This document shows, in pieces, positions 9,620 through 17,826 of a stretch of DNA of 52,889 nt; the stretch's first letter is position 1, and each line of letters starts with the position of its first letter. Location: positions 1 to 52,889 of IMG/VR virus record IMGVR_UViG_3300009082_000023. The stretch is one strand, 5' to 3'. The notes beneath the pieces are model-generated. The model was not told the DNA's origin, searched no databases, and was given only the letters and a program-made list of their open reading frames with translations. Source of the stretch: a virus (lineage: Duplodnaviria; Caudoviricetes). A program made the translations under genes and the position numbers.

Positions 9620-11488
9620 TTAAAACGGTGCTTCATCTTTGTCCGTTTCATAAAAGTTAATTGAAATATTCTTACTTGGACCGCTCTTGACATCTAGCGG
9701 ATTAGGTATTTCTGTTTGTTCATTCATCTCATAATAACGCATCGCTCCTCTTTTGAATCGCATCTGAACAGTCCCCGGAGTGCCGCAAAGTTTCTGTTTC
9801 TTAATCTTCTGGCTGGTAAATTCCACATCCCGCCTCTCATAATCCGAAGTATAATAAGGTCTGTAAGTACACAGAACATTATCACATTTGTTGCTCCACA
9901 TAGCACCACCGGAAAGATCATAAACATTTGGCTTCTCATAATCACCGTTGCTGTTTTTACTAAGCGACCCCCGTGGATGCGCAATGATAACCATAAAGAT
10001 TTGATATTGTTGTGCAAGTCTTTTCTGCTGACTTAAAAATGCACTCAAATACAAATCTTCACGTCCGCCGTTTTTCTTAATGTCGGTGTCAAGTTGATTA
10101 TAAGGATCAATAACACAACCATCAACTTTGTGCTTTTTAATCAGTTCTACAAACCGGGTATTGATATAATCAGGTGACGGGCTTTCGTTCTCAGGATAGA
10201 TATAAAAGAAATGTTCTTTAATAAAATCCATTCCTTTAACGTACTCTGTTTCCGGCATCTGATTTGCAAACCCATACTGAGTATTCTCTCCGATATACAT
10301 ATGGATCAGATCATCATAAAAATCATCAGGGGGATCTTGTTCAGGGGAAAAGAAAGCATATTTATAACCTTCAAAAACAGCTTTCATCAAACAGAGTTGC
10401 ATTATCATTGTACTTTTCCCCTGGTTCATTATCCCGTGCATGAGTGTCAATTCTCCCCGCTTCCATTTAAAATGTTCATCAATCTTTTTAAAGTGAGTTG
10501 TTTCCCCCTGCGAGCGACCTGTTTTAAAACTAAGTAACATTGACTCCCTTACATTATCTAAGTAGATAACATCAGACAGAGGAACATTTGTTTCAATAGC
10601 CTCATAAACAAGTTCTTTTTTAGTGATTGTTTCAATAGGCTTTCCGGTCTTATCAAAATGAGCGGAACATGAAGTACCTGAAAAGTTCTTGTAAATTTTA
10701 TCGGCTATTAAATGAATATCTTTAGGATCTACTTTACTGGCTGCATTTTGATATTTAAAAGTGATCATTTGCTTCGCATCCAAAAGCGGAACACCAAACC
10801 GATTACAGGCAGCAAATATCTTTACCAGAAAATTATGTTTGTTCCCATCCTGATAATATTCCCCCTTAGTCTCCATCCATTTCTCAATATTAGAAATAAT
10901 AAGAGCGTAATCATAAATGACTTCGGTAGTTGCAATGGACTGTTTTATGATCTTCTCTTCTTTAAGAGTTGTAAAGACATCTGATTCCGGGTTATAGTAA
11001 ACATCAGGATCGTAACTCTCAAAACATATCCGGGAAACATCTTTGAACTCATCCAACTTCTCGTCTCCATAATAATCAGTAAGGGCAGCCGCACTTAAAG
11101 AATGTGTCTTTACAGAGTTCGGGATCTTAACAATAAGTTTTAACCCGTCTCCTGATGGAGAAATAAATAATAAGAAAGTATATTTATCACTTATCAGACG
11201 GGCTTTTAAATCGCTTAATCTTTCCCCTAAATGGTCAAAATCAATAGCTATTAACCCTGAGTGTTCAATGAGTGCCTTATCTTCACGTTTAGAAAACGTA
11301 CCCGAAAAACAAAGTGCCGGAAGTTGTTTTTTAATATCCCTCCGTTTCTTCTCATCTTCACAGGCACGAATCTGATAAATTAAAAGAGCTGATCGCCCGG
11401 ACTTAATACGCTGGATAACCTTATCTATCGTAATATGATAGGGTTCGTCAACCGATTTAGCGTTTCTGAATATGGTTATCTTTTGCAT
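9620..11488 (-). CDS. primase-helicase: BT4734/VirE-N-like primase domain plus SF4 (twinkle/DnaB-like) helicase
   Basis: KKQLP, IAIDFDH, SPSGDGLK, DVSRICFESYDP; Walker A G..NQGKST, IDPYN, IAHPR, DLSGGAMW. Confidence 0.85.
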   Translation of the reverse strand: MQKITIFRNAKSVDEPYHITIDKVIQRIKSGRSALLIYQIRACEDEKKRRDIKKQLPALCFSGTFSKREDKALIEHSGLIAIDFDHLGERLSDLKARLISDKYTFLLFISPSGDGLKLIVKIPNSVKTHSLSAAALTDYYGDEKLDEFKDVSRICFESYDPDVYYNPESDVFTTLKEEKIIKQSIATTEVIYDYALIISNIEKWMETKGEYYQDGNKHNFLVKIFAACNRFGVPLLDAKQMITFKYQNAASKVDPKDIHLIADKIYKNFSGTSCSAHFDKTGKPIETITKKELVYEAIETNVPLSDVIYLDNVRESMLLSFKTGRSQGETTHFKKIDEHFKWKRGELTLMHGIMNQGKSTMIMQLCLMKAVFEGYKYAFFSPEQDPPDDFYDDLIHMYIGENTQYGFANQMPETEYVKGMDFIKEHFFYIYPENESPSPDYINTRFVELIKKHKVDGCVIDPYNQLDTDIKKNGGREDLYLSAFLSQQKRLAQQYQIFMVIIAHPRGSLSKNSNGDYEKPNVYDLSGGAMWSNKCDNVLCTYRPYYTSDYERRDVEFTSQKIKKQKLCGTPGTVQMRFKRGAMRYYEMNEQTEIPNPLDVKSGPSKNISINFYETDKDEAPF

Positions 11489-12006
11489 GATAACAGATAA
11501 TTTTCAGTTTTAAACTCATCCCTGCGGTGATCCCATATTAACCGGGCGTTAAAAACAATTCTCAAATATTCCTTGTCATTAAAAAAATATCTTTGCAATT
11601 CTCCGATATTAAATTGCCCTAAAAAAGTATTGACATTATGCTGACAAGCAAGGCTCCCTGATTCAAAAACATTATGCTGATGCATTAGCTTACCCTCATC
11701 TAAACATTTTCCGCTTATCTGTGGATAAGTCAAAACCATCACTTTACCGTAATTTACAAAAGTCTTCTCAGTATAGTCATTTGCTTGATGAAGCCATTGA
11801 CCAAGTAGTGAGCCGGTCTTCTTATCATCAGTCTTAATCTCTATACCGATAGGATACTTTCTTTGTATGTCGCTGTTATGAATCATGATTATATCAATTC
11901 TCCTCTTCGCATCCGTTGACCATACTTCCATTTCAACCTTAAAATAATTTGACAGGAAGCTAGCTATCTTAAATTGTAATTCTTTCTCAGTTAATGCTTG
12001 TTCCAT
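11476..12006 (-). CDS. PD-(D/E)xK nuclease-like protein
   Basis: EV....RRIDI ... GIEIK. Confidence 0.6.
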   Translation of the reverse strand: MEQALTEKELQFKIASFLSNYFKVEMEVWSTDAKRRIDIIMIHNSDIQRKYPIGIEIKTDDKKTGSLLGQWLHQANDYTEKTFVNYGKVMVLTYPQISGKCLDEGKLMHQHNVFESGSLACQHNVNTFLGQFNIGELQRYFFNDKEYLRIVFNARLIWDHRRDEFKTENYLLSCKR

Positions 12007-12716
12007 CAGTCTTCAATTCTTTTTCCCCATCCGTCCCTATCATACGCTTCTTCCGGCACACCACTTACCGTAACTTTCTTAAACTCATCATTGAAGTTTT
12101 TATCAGCCAAATATGTCCGGGCTTTCTTGCAATATTTCTTATCACTCAGGGAATCAAAATAAGGCTTTATGTTATCAATAGCTTTTTGCCGTTCATTATC
12201 ATTAAGTTTATCCCAATACTTTGAGGCAGCTTGAAAATCAGTTTTCTTTAACTTCGTAATATCATGATATGAGTCCCAAAAAAGACTTATAGATATTATA
12301 TTTTCTTTTTCTTTTCTTTTCTTTCCTTTGCTAGGTTTTGCTAGATTTTGCTTAGCAATTGCTCCGAGCCTACCTGCAACTGCCCGTTTTTCAGATAGTT
12401 CAGCCCTCTTCTCAAAGTTGTTATTTACCCTATTAGACCAGAAGTATTCATCATCAGATAAGAACAACTCACATGGCAAAAGGCAATATTGTATAATTGC
12501 TTGAATTTGCTCAGCACTTGCTAGCATTTGCTTGGCAATTGCTAGATAAAGATATTGTTTTAATGGCAATCTATGTTCAGAATTTGAATGTAACATCTCT
12601 ATAATGCGCCAAAAAACACCATAGCCAACAGCACCAAATTCACCAACAAGAGCCTGTAATTTTGGATCGCCTGTTGGTTCGTAGTCGTGTGAAAAATAAA
12701 AAGCCTCTTTACCCAT
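12006..12716 (-). CDS. DUF4373/Lin1244-like replication initiator (replisome organiser)
   Basis: YFSHD...DPKL..L...G..GYG.FW.IIE.L; the likely start is MGKEAFYF, because the annotated extension lies inside an RNA hairpin. Confidence 0.75.
   Translation of the reverse strand: MGKEAFYFSHDYEPTGDPKLQALVGEFGAVGYGVFWRIIEMLHSNSEHRLPLKQYLYLAIAKQMLASAEQIQAIIQYCLLPCELFLSDDEYFWSNRVNNNFEKRAELSEKRAVAGRLGAIAKQNLAKPSKGKKRKEKENIISISLFWDSYHDITKLKKTDFQAASKYWDKLNDNERQKAIDNIKPYFDSLSDKKYCKKARTYLADKNFNDEFKKVTVSGVPEEAYDRDGWGKRIED
12301..12545. repeat. phased TTGCT iteron-like arrays plus purine/pyrimidine tract; candidate replication origin
   Basis: ttgct at 12328, 12338, 12348, 12359 and 12497, 12507, 12518, 12528, 12539; T/C tract 12301..12329. 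Confidence 0.55.
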
Positions 12717-12869
12717 TACCCACCCTCCAAAAAACAACCCCGCCAGTAACAAAAAAACCACCGGTCACCCTGGAGCGTGTAACTCCGACCGATGGAAATT
12801 TTGCCCTGTGCGGGGTATTTTTAAGAACTGATAATTCAAAATAACTCATACACGATTAATTTGGTACTG

Positions 12870-12900
12870 CAAATATAAACATCTTTTTTGAATAAACAAA
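12870..12900 (-). promoter_or_regulatory. Bacteroidota sigma-ABfr-type promoter for the replication operon
   Basis: minus strand TTTG (12900-12897), 19 nt spacer, TATATTTG (12877-12870). Confidence 0.75.
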
Positions 12901-12916
12901 TTTATTTTATATTTAT

Positions 12917-13234
12917 TCACTCAGTATTCTTTATCTCAGCTTCCGGCCCAGGCTTCATAAAAGCATGAAACTTATGAGCGAACTCTACAAACGCCACGAT
13001 GACCTGCTCTTTATCCCTGCCCTTCATCTTGTTGATCTTAGTGAACTGATCATTGATTGTCTTATAAGCGACATCAGTGACCGGGAACAGGCGAATACAA
13101 GCGAGCAGGTAACGAAGCTCACCCTCAAAACTCTTCGCATCATCAACGCCCTTACGGTAAAGCACGACCCCGGCGATCAGGCAGATAGCTCCTATCAACG
13201 GAACAGCCACTTGAAAAAATGATTTCCAGTCCAT
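12917..13234 (-). CDS. membrane-anchored hypothetical protein
   Basis: N-terminal hydrophobic helix. Confidence 0.6.
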   Translation of the reverse strand: MDWKSFFQVAVPLIGAICLIAGVVLYRKGVDDAKSFEGELRYLLACIRLFPVTDVAYKTINDQFTKINKMKGRDKEQVIVAFVEFAHKFHAFMKPGPEAEIKNTE

Positions 13235-13467
13235 TAGTTTACAAATTTAAGATTTCTTATCTGCGATTTCTGACCGGGCAAATTAGCCCCTAATACAGTT
13301 AGTGCGATTTTGCTGATAATAACTTCAGCCTTTGCAGGTGCGTATCTATTCACGACTTGACCGACCGTCTTACCTGTCTGATCTTCGCAAATAAATGAAG
13401 TGCCGAGATAACGGAATAGTGAATCCATTACCTTGTCTGCGAGTTGTTTGTCTGTTTGTAGTGTCAT
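13234..13467 (-). CDS. hypothetical protein
   Basis: ORF coupled to neighbours. Confidence 0.55.
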   Translation of the reverse strand: MTLQTDKQLADKVMDSLFRYLGTSFICEDQTGKTVGQVVNRYAPAKAEVIISKIALTVLGANLPGQKSQIRNLKFVN

Positions 13468-13883
13468 AGGTTTATAGTTAATTCGTTTCCGGTCAAAGCA
13501 AAGTATAGATTTTGGAGTTGGTGAACGTATTTTATTTTAATAAAACTCAATAATTCATCTCCATTCTTATCTTCTATTCCTACATCTATACTCCATGCCC
13601 AACAAATATATTTATTCCATAATATATCTTTGTAAAAACCGCATAATCCAGCACCATCTTTTTTCTCAAACCCGAACTTTAATAGCCATTCTTCGGTTAG
13701 GGGAATACCAGAGATATGATTAGGATTTGTTTTCAATCCTTCGTGTTCAGGTGTATTGTTTGTCAATATTTCCCCAAATATTGTCATACCCTGAACCTGT
13801 GTTTCATGTGCCGGTATTGCTATTGGCGCATTCTGATATGGAATTAATATCCAATTCCCGATTCTCAATTCATTTGCTTTCAT
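13464..13883 (-). CDS. conserved Bacteroidota-phage hypothetical protein
   Basis: ELRIGNW...IPLTEEWLLKFGF...YVHQLQNLYFALTG pattern. Confidence 0.7.
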   Translation of the reverse strand: MKANELRIGNWILIPYQNAPIAIPAHETQVQGMTIFGEILTNNTPEHEGLKTNPNHISGIPLTEEWLLKFGFEKKDGAGLCGFYKDILWNKYICWAWSIDVGIEDKNGDELLSFIKIKYVHQLQNLYFALTGNELTINL

Positions 13884-13928
13884 TTTATTTATTTTAAAAA
13901 TCTATGTCTGTCACCTGCTAAAAAACAA

Positions 13929-14159
13929 TTATGAAGATATTGTACTTCGCCCTTTAGATAAAGGGACGTTCCCTATTCCATGCGCCCGGTCATGACATTT
14001 ACGGCACATAGCCATTAGATTACTGATTACATCCTTGCCCTTGCCTCTGCCCTCAATATGATGAATATCTTTTGCCGGACGGCCACAGGCTTCGCATAGC
14101 ATAACATCCTGCTCCCCGTAATCAAAGTACCTCATATAAACTTTACAGTGGCGGGTCAT
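13929..14159 (-). CDS. HNH endonuclease-like protein
   Basis: CEACG...DIHHI...NLMAMCRKCH..AH. Confidence 0.8.
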   Translation of the reverse strand: MTRHCKVYMRYFDYGEQDVMLCEACGRPAKDIHHIEGRGKGKDVISNLMAMCRKCHDRAHGIGNVPLSKGRSTISS

Positions 14160-14383
14160 TTCGCTCCGTGATAAATAGGTTTAGAACGCCCTCCGACATG
14201 AACATATTGAACGTGCCGTCCTCTGGTTAACTTCCGGTTGTTATGCGTTAAATAAAAACGTACTCCGATTCCACTTGTAATGTCTTTTAGTTTCATTGTA
14301 TAGATTTTAATTGTTTATCTCATCAGGATTACCGTAAATCTCTTCAGGGGAGAAGTCCTCTGCCTGGTCGTCTGGATAGTCGG

Positions 14384-14824
14384 TCATAATTTGTCTATAT
14401 AAAATTTATAAAACTCATCCCAATATTGGCTTTCGGGATCAGGTAAGGAAATTGATAAATCAGTATTGGCAAATATCTGAATACGATCTAAGTAATATTT
14501 GAATTGAGTCGTGTTCATATTAGTAGTTGTACGCCTTTGCCGGGATTCTCCAAATACTTTAATATCTTCAGGTATCAGGAACTTATCTTTGAAATAGTCA
14601 TGTAGATCATTTCTTTCGGTTCCTGTTTCAAATTCAATGCATGTGAGCCAAAGCCAGTAAAGATTGTTTTGAGAGATTGACCGTGTAGATTTCTTTTCAA
14701 TTACTTCAACGGTATAGAGCTTCTTAATATCCAACCGCCGGATAAAAGATATAACCATTTCACGGTCAACCTCTGTTTGTAGTTTGCGCTTCAATTTAGA
14801 ATGGAAGGTCGTCTCCCTCTGCAA
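14384..14824 (-). CDS. NinB/Orf-like recombination accessory protein
   Basis: RSISQN.LYW, LHDYFK..FL, TT.MNT.QF..YLD.I; adjacent to SSB and Bet. Confidence 0.65.
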   Translation of the reverse strand: MQRETTFHSKLKRKLQTEVDREMVISFIRRLDIKKLYTVEVIEKKSTRSISQNNLYWLWLTCIEFETGTERNDLHDYFKDKFLIPEDIKVFGESRQRRTTTNMNTTQFKYYLDRIQIFANTDLSISLPDPESQYWDEFYKFYIDKL

Positions 14825-15149
14825 TAGGTTTCAAGTCACTTACTGGTTCGGGTTCGGTATGTTCCCAAATAGATACATCACCCAGGATAGGGGTGCTTTT
14901 CTTTTGCTCGTCAGTCATTGCCTTAAATACCTCTTTCGGAAGTTTTTGCTTGATGAGGTGCGTTTTCTTGTCCTTTGCTTCTTTGAGTTCAAAAGCTGTT
15001 AGGTCAAGATACACCCCTTTTTCACCTTTGAATAGATGATTTTTTTCAAGTGGAATAATAAGGCACTCCACTGGTCCGGCTGCTCCTTTCTCAAAGCGAC
15101 ATGCACAAATAAGATTTTGCAAGTTTAGTTTAATGTTTAAGTTTGCCAT
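14796..15149 (-). CDS. probable single-stranded DNA-binding protein
   Basis: acidic DDLPF C-terminus; immediately downstream of the recombinase. Confidence 0.65.
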   Translation of the reverse strand: MANLNIKLNLQNLICACRFEKGAAGPVECLIIPLEKNHLFKGEKGVYLDLTAFELKEAKDKKTHLIKQKLPKEVFKAMTDEQKKSTPILGDVSIWEHTEPEPVSDLKPIAEGDDLPF

Positions 15150-15150
15150 T

Positions 15151-15912
15151 TTAATATTTTTTAGGTTGATTCTCTTTGAGTTCTGTAATTATATTTTCCA
15201 TTTCAATATTTGTAATTTCAGGATCAGCAAGTTTCTTTTCAAAAACCTCTTTCATCTCTTCATCAAAATTAGATGTTCTGATAAGCTCCTCAGCATAACC
15301 AAAGGATTTAATACTCGGCTTCTCTTCATGATCTTTTGTTATGGCCACATCATTCTTGATCTCAAAATCTTCCTCCACTGCCAGTCCTGTTATGCCATAG
15401 GCTTTAGCAAGACAATGCGACTCAGCAACTTTCTTAATCATGGCTACTGGGTCGGCCTTCCAAACATTATACCCTTTGTTATAAGTATCAAAGTCAGCCC
15501 ATTCAATGGTAGCATATTCACATCCTTTGGGTTTGCTAATAGCATAGGCTCCGAGTATCTTTGCCTTTGAGGTCACGTCTTTTATATGTGAACAATGACC
15601 GAGAGCTATATTTAAATCAAAAAACTCTCCTTCCCTGACAGCATCTGAAGAAATCCCGTTCCATCGTGGATCTGATTGAGCTTTACTTAAAAAGCCGTCA
15701 CGTCCGGCAAATACAATGATATTGCCCTTTGTATCTTTATAGCCCCACACTTGTTTAAGGAATGGATTAAGGCCGTATGACTTCGCCACGTTAAGAAAAT
15801 ATGCAAGTTCCAGGTTTGTAAATCCCTTTGCAACGGTATCTTTGATTATAGATACCTCTTCCGGTGTCCATGTCTGTACCTGATCAGAAATTTTTTGTAA
15901 TGCTGTTTCCAT
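15151..15912 (-). CDS. RecT/Bet-family single-strand annealing recombinase
   Basis: GLNPF.KQ, GRDGF...A, W...P..MIKKVAESHCL..A. Confidence 0.85.
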   Translation of the reverse strand: METALQKISDQVQTWTPEEVSIIKDTVAKGFTNLELAYFLNVAKSYGLNPFLKQVWGYKDTKGNIIVFAGRDGFLSKAQSDPRWNGISSDAVREGEFFDLNIALGHCSHIKDVTSKAKILGAYAISKPKGCEYATIEWADFDTYNKGYNVWKADPVAMIKKVAESHCLAKAYGITGLAVEEDFEIKNDVAITKDHEEKPSIKSFGYAEELIRTSNFDEEMKEVFEKKLADPEITNIEMENIITELKENQPKKY

Positions 15913-15922
15913 AGTTTTGTTT

Positions 15923-16192
15923 TTATTGGTTTACGATTTCAAATTTAATTCCTTTAGGCTCTCCGTTCCAAAGATGATCCGGCACTACCCGAAACTCGCA
16001 CCGGCAACCGAGGCACTCATAAAGGCCATAGTCTAAGTCTTCTTTTATATACAGCTCCCAGTTGTTTTCAACAAACACTTTCTCCCTGCGAAGTATGTTT
16101 CCGCCACACCGAGGGCAGACACCCACGTCTTCAAGACTCTCAGGCTTAGGGTTGAAGTGAGCCATAATGTTGTTTACATCTTTTGCGTTCAT
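15923..16192 (-). CDS. Zn-ribbon hypothetical protein
   Basis: CPRCG...CLGC. Confidence 0.6.
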   Translation of the reverse strand: MNAKDVNNIMAHFNPKPESLEDVGVCPRCGGNILRREKVFVENNWELYIKEDLDYGLYECLGCRCEFRVVPDHLWNGEPKGIKFEIVNQ

Positions 16193-16659
16193 AGCTTTAG
16201 TCTTTTATAAGCTGTTAAAACTTCTTCTGTTAAATATTCCCGACATATATCAGCCGACTTTTTTAGCGAACTTATTCGGGCGGCGGCATAGGCGGCATCG
16301 GCATTGGCGGCGGCATAGGCGGCATAGGCGGCATAGGCGGCATCGGCGGCATAGGCGGCATAGGCGGCATCGGCGGCGGCATCTAACTCTGCCCTTGTAA
16401 TTTTGCCATTAACATAATCAAAACAGGACTGTAAAGCATCTTTACTTCTTTGGTCTGTCATCAGATGTTCAACTTGTTTTGCACACATAGCCTTAGCCAT
16501 AGTTAATGCCTTATCGTCAACATCCAGCTTTTTAGCGAGCCATAACATCCAGTCGCCCCGCTCACAGTTTTGCCATGCGAGGATAGCAGATTTCTGTTCC
16601 CTTACATATTCAATAGCCTCTCTGCAAGCATTTAGTTTTTCAAGTTTGTCAGTCTTCAT
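16189..16659 (-). CDS. hypothetical protein with Ala-rich (AAY/AAD)n tract
   Basis: ORF; LNAC..., WQNCERGDWMLWL. Confidence 0.7.
   Translation of the reverse strand: MKTDKLEKLNACREAIEYVREQKSAILAWQNCERGDWMLWLAKKLDVDDKALTMAKAMCAKQVEHLMTDQRSKDALQSCFDYVNGKITRAELDAAADAAYAAYAADAAYAAYAAYAAANADAAYAAARISSLKKSADICREYLTEEVLTAYKRLKL
16278..16382. repeat. 9-bp tandem repeat (ggcggcata/ggcggcatc)
   Basis: about 10 imperfect units, in frame. Confidence 0.9.
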
Positions 16660-16671
16660 AGTTTTAAGTAT

Positions 16672-16902
16672 TTAGTTATCCCATGTAATTATCTCTGCTC
16701 CCGGACGGTTGAATCGTTTAACGAGCCACTTTATGACGTCCCACTTTACGGACTTCGCCTTACCGTTTTGTAATCGCTGTATCATCAGCTCCCCGGATGT
16801 CTGTGATCCGAACAATTCAGCCTCAGTCATTTCCCGTGCGAGCTGAGCCTTTGTCAGCTTCTCACCGGATTCTGCAATAAGTCGTGTGAAATTTATCTTC
16901 AT
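16672..16902 (-). CDS. Cro/XRE-like HTH regulator
   Basis: LTKAQLAREM...LQNGKAKSV helical pattern; near the start of the early operon. Confidence 0.55.
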   Translation of the reverse strand: MKINFTRLIAESGEKLTKAQLAREMTEAELFGSQTSGELMIQRLQNGKAKSVKWDVIKWLVKRFNRPGAEIITWDN

Positions 16903-16927
16903 GTTAAAAGTTTTTAGCGGTAACGAG

Positions 16928-17140
16928 TTATTTAATAATATATGTTCCGTTATCTATTCCCCTTTGAAAGATTCTTATTGAAGTACAAGCTCTTCTCATT
17001 GTATTTTTCCCCCATGAACTTTTTTCAGCAATCCCTGTCCACCAACTAATTTTCTTATCCGTTACGTTTGATATTATAAATTCGGCACCAGTCGGAGTAA
17101 AAATCATTTTCATTCCTGTTTTTAAATCTGTTGCTTTCAT
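16928..17140 (-). CDS. hypothetical early protein
   Basis: first ORF after the AT-rich intergenic region. Confidence 0.55.
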   Translation of the reverse strand: MKATDLKTGMKMIFTPTGAEFIISNVTDKKISWWTGIAEKSSWGKNTMRRACTSIRIFQRGIDNGTYIIK

Positions 17141-17394
17141 TTTGTTATTTATAATTAGTCTAAATAAAGATAATCTATTTTTCTATTTTGCTTAACGGGG
17201 TAAAGGTATATATTACTTATATACTACAATATTATTATGTCAAATAGAATGCAGATTTTTTGTAATTTATATTCATTATAAATAACACTACAAACCCCTT
17301 TATCTACGATTTCAGCCCTTCTGTTACAAAACGGCCTGCGCCACGACTAACGGGCAGATCATTCAACACACATCACCGGGCGCATCGTAGGAGC

Positions 17395-17427
17395 AAAAAA
17401 AGGAGGGTTACTATCTTCACCCTCCTT
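17395..17427 (-). terminator. intrinsic terminator ending the tmRNA transcript
   Basis: AAGGAGGGT-loop-ACCCTCCTT followed by a U-run. Confidence 0.85.
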
Positions 17428-17690
17428 AGTCGTCAAGAGTTGCCTCTTAGCAATTACGCTGCCATGCGTGACTGTGACCTTTCGGTCATTGAAATTGTTT
17501 TGCCTTTTATGGCTTTAGTCCTCCATTATTGCCTTGCATCCTGTCAAATCCAGTCATCCCCATACTGGTTGTTAAGGCACAACCATAAGCCGGGGCTGTC
17601 TAAGCCGTCCACCATCCGGGATTAATCGGAGTGGAGATGCCGGGAATCGAACCCGGGTCCAGTGATACCGCCTTATAACTTCAACGAACT
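17395..17690 (-). ncRNA. ssrA: circularly permuted (two-piece) tmRNA
   Basis: The acceptor piece GGACCCGGG-TTCGATT-CCCGG-CATCTCC-A (17660-17632) precedes the coding piece GGGGATGACTGGATTTGACAGG (from 17561). The 7-bp acceptor stem has G3:U70. Tag ORF 17504-17454 encodes GKTISMTERSQSRMAA*. Confidence 0.88.
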
Positions 17691-17694
17691 AAGG

Positions 17695-17726
17695 CAAATT
17701 TAAAACGTATTTATTTATTATGCAAA
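17695..17726 (-). promoter_or_regulatory. Bacteroidota-type promoter of the tmRNA gene
   Basis: TTTG (17726-17723), 20 nt spacer, TAAATTTG (17702-17695). Confidence 0.8.
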
Positions 17727-17734
17727 TTTATTTT

Positions 17735-17767
17735 AAAAACAGAGAGCCGGAATGAACCGACCCTCTG
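17735..17767 (-). terminator. intrinsic terminator ending the late/lysis operon
   Basis: CAGAGGGTCGG-TTCATT-CCGGCTCTCTG-TTTTT; a second hairpin CCGGGG/CCCCGG lies at 17797..17818. Confidence 0.8.
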
Positions 17768-17826
17768 CCCCTAAAACCAAGAAACTATGAAAACTACCGG
17801 GGCTAACCACTTCCCCGGCTCAGAAA

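Noticed and set aside
16278-16382. CRISPR array
   Set aside because: These are contiguous 9-bp units with no spacers.
16167-16400. Arg/His-repeat (RRH)n protein on the plus strand
   Set aside because: It is the antisense reading of the 9-bp repeat in 16189..16659.
17440-17625. 61-aa plus-strand ORF
   Set aside because: It is antisense to the tmRNA, has a TTG start and shows no protein features.
17632-17660. Stand-alone tRNA gene or attP fragment
   Set aside because: No D-arm or anticodon arm lies upstream. The complementary acceptor strand is downstream with tmRNA features, and there is no integrase.
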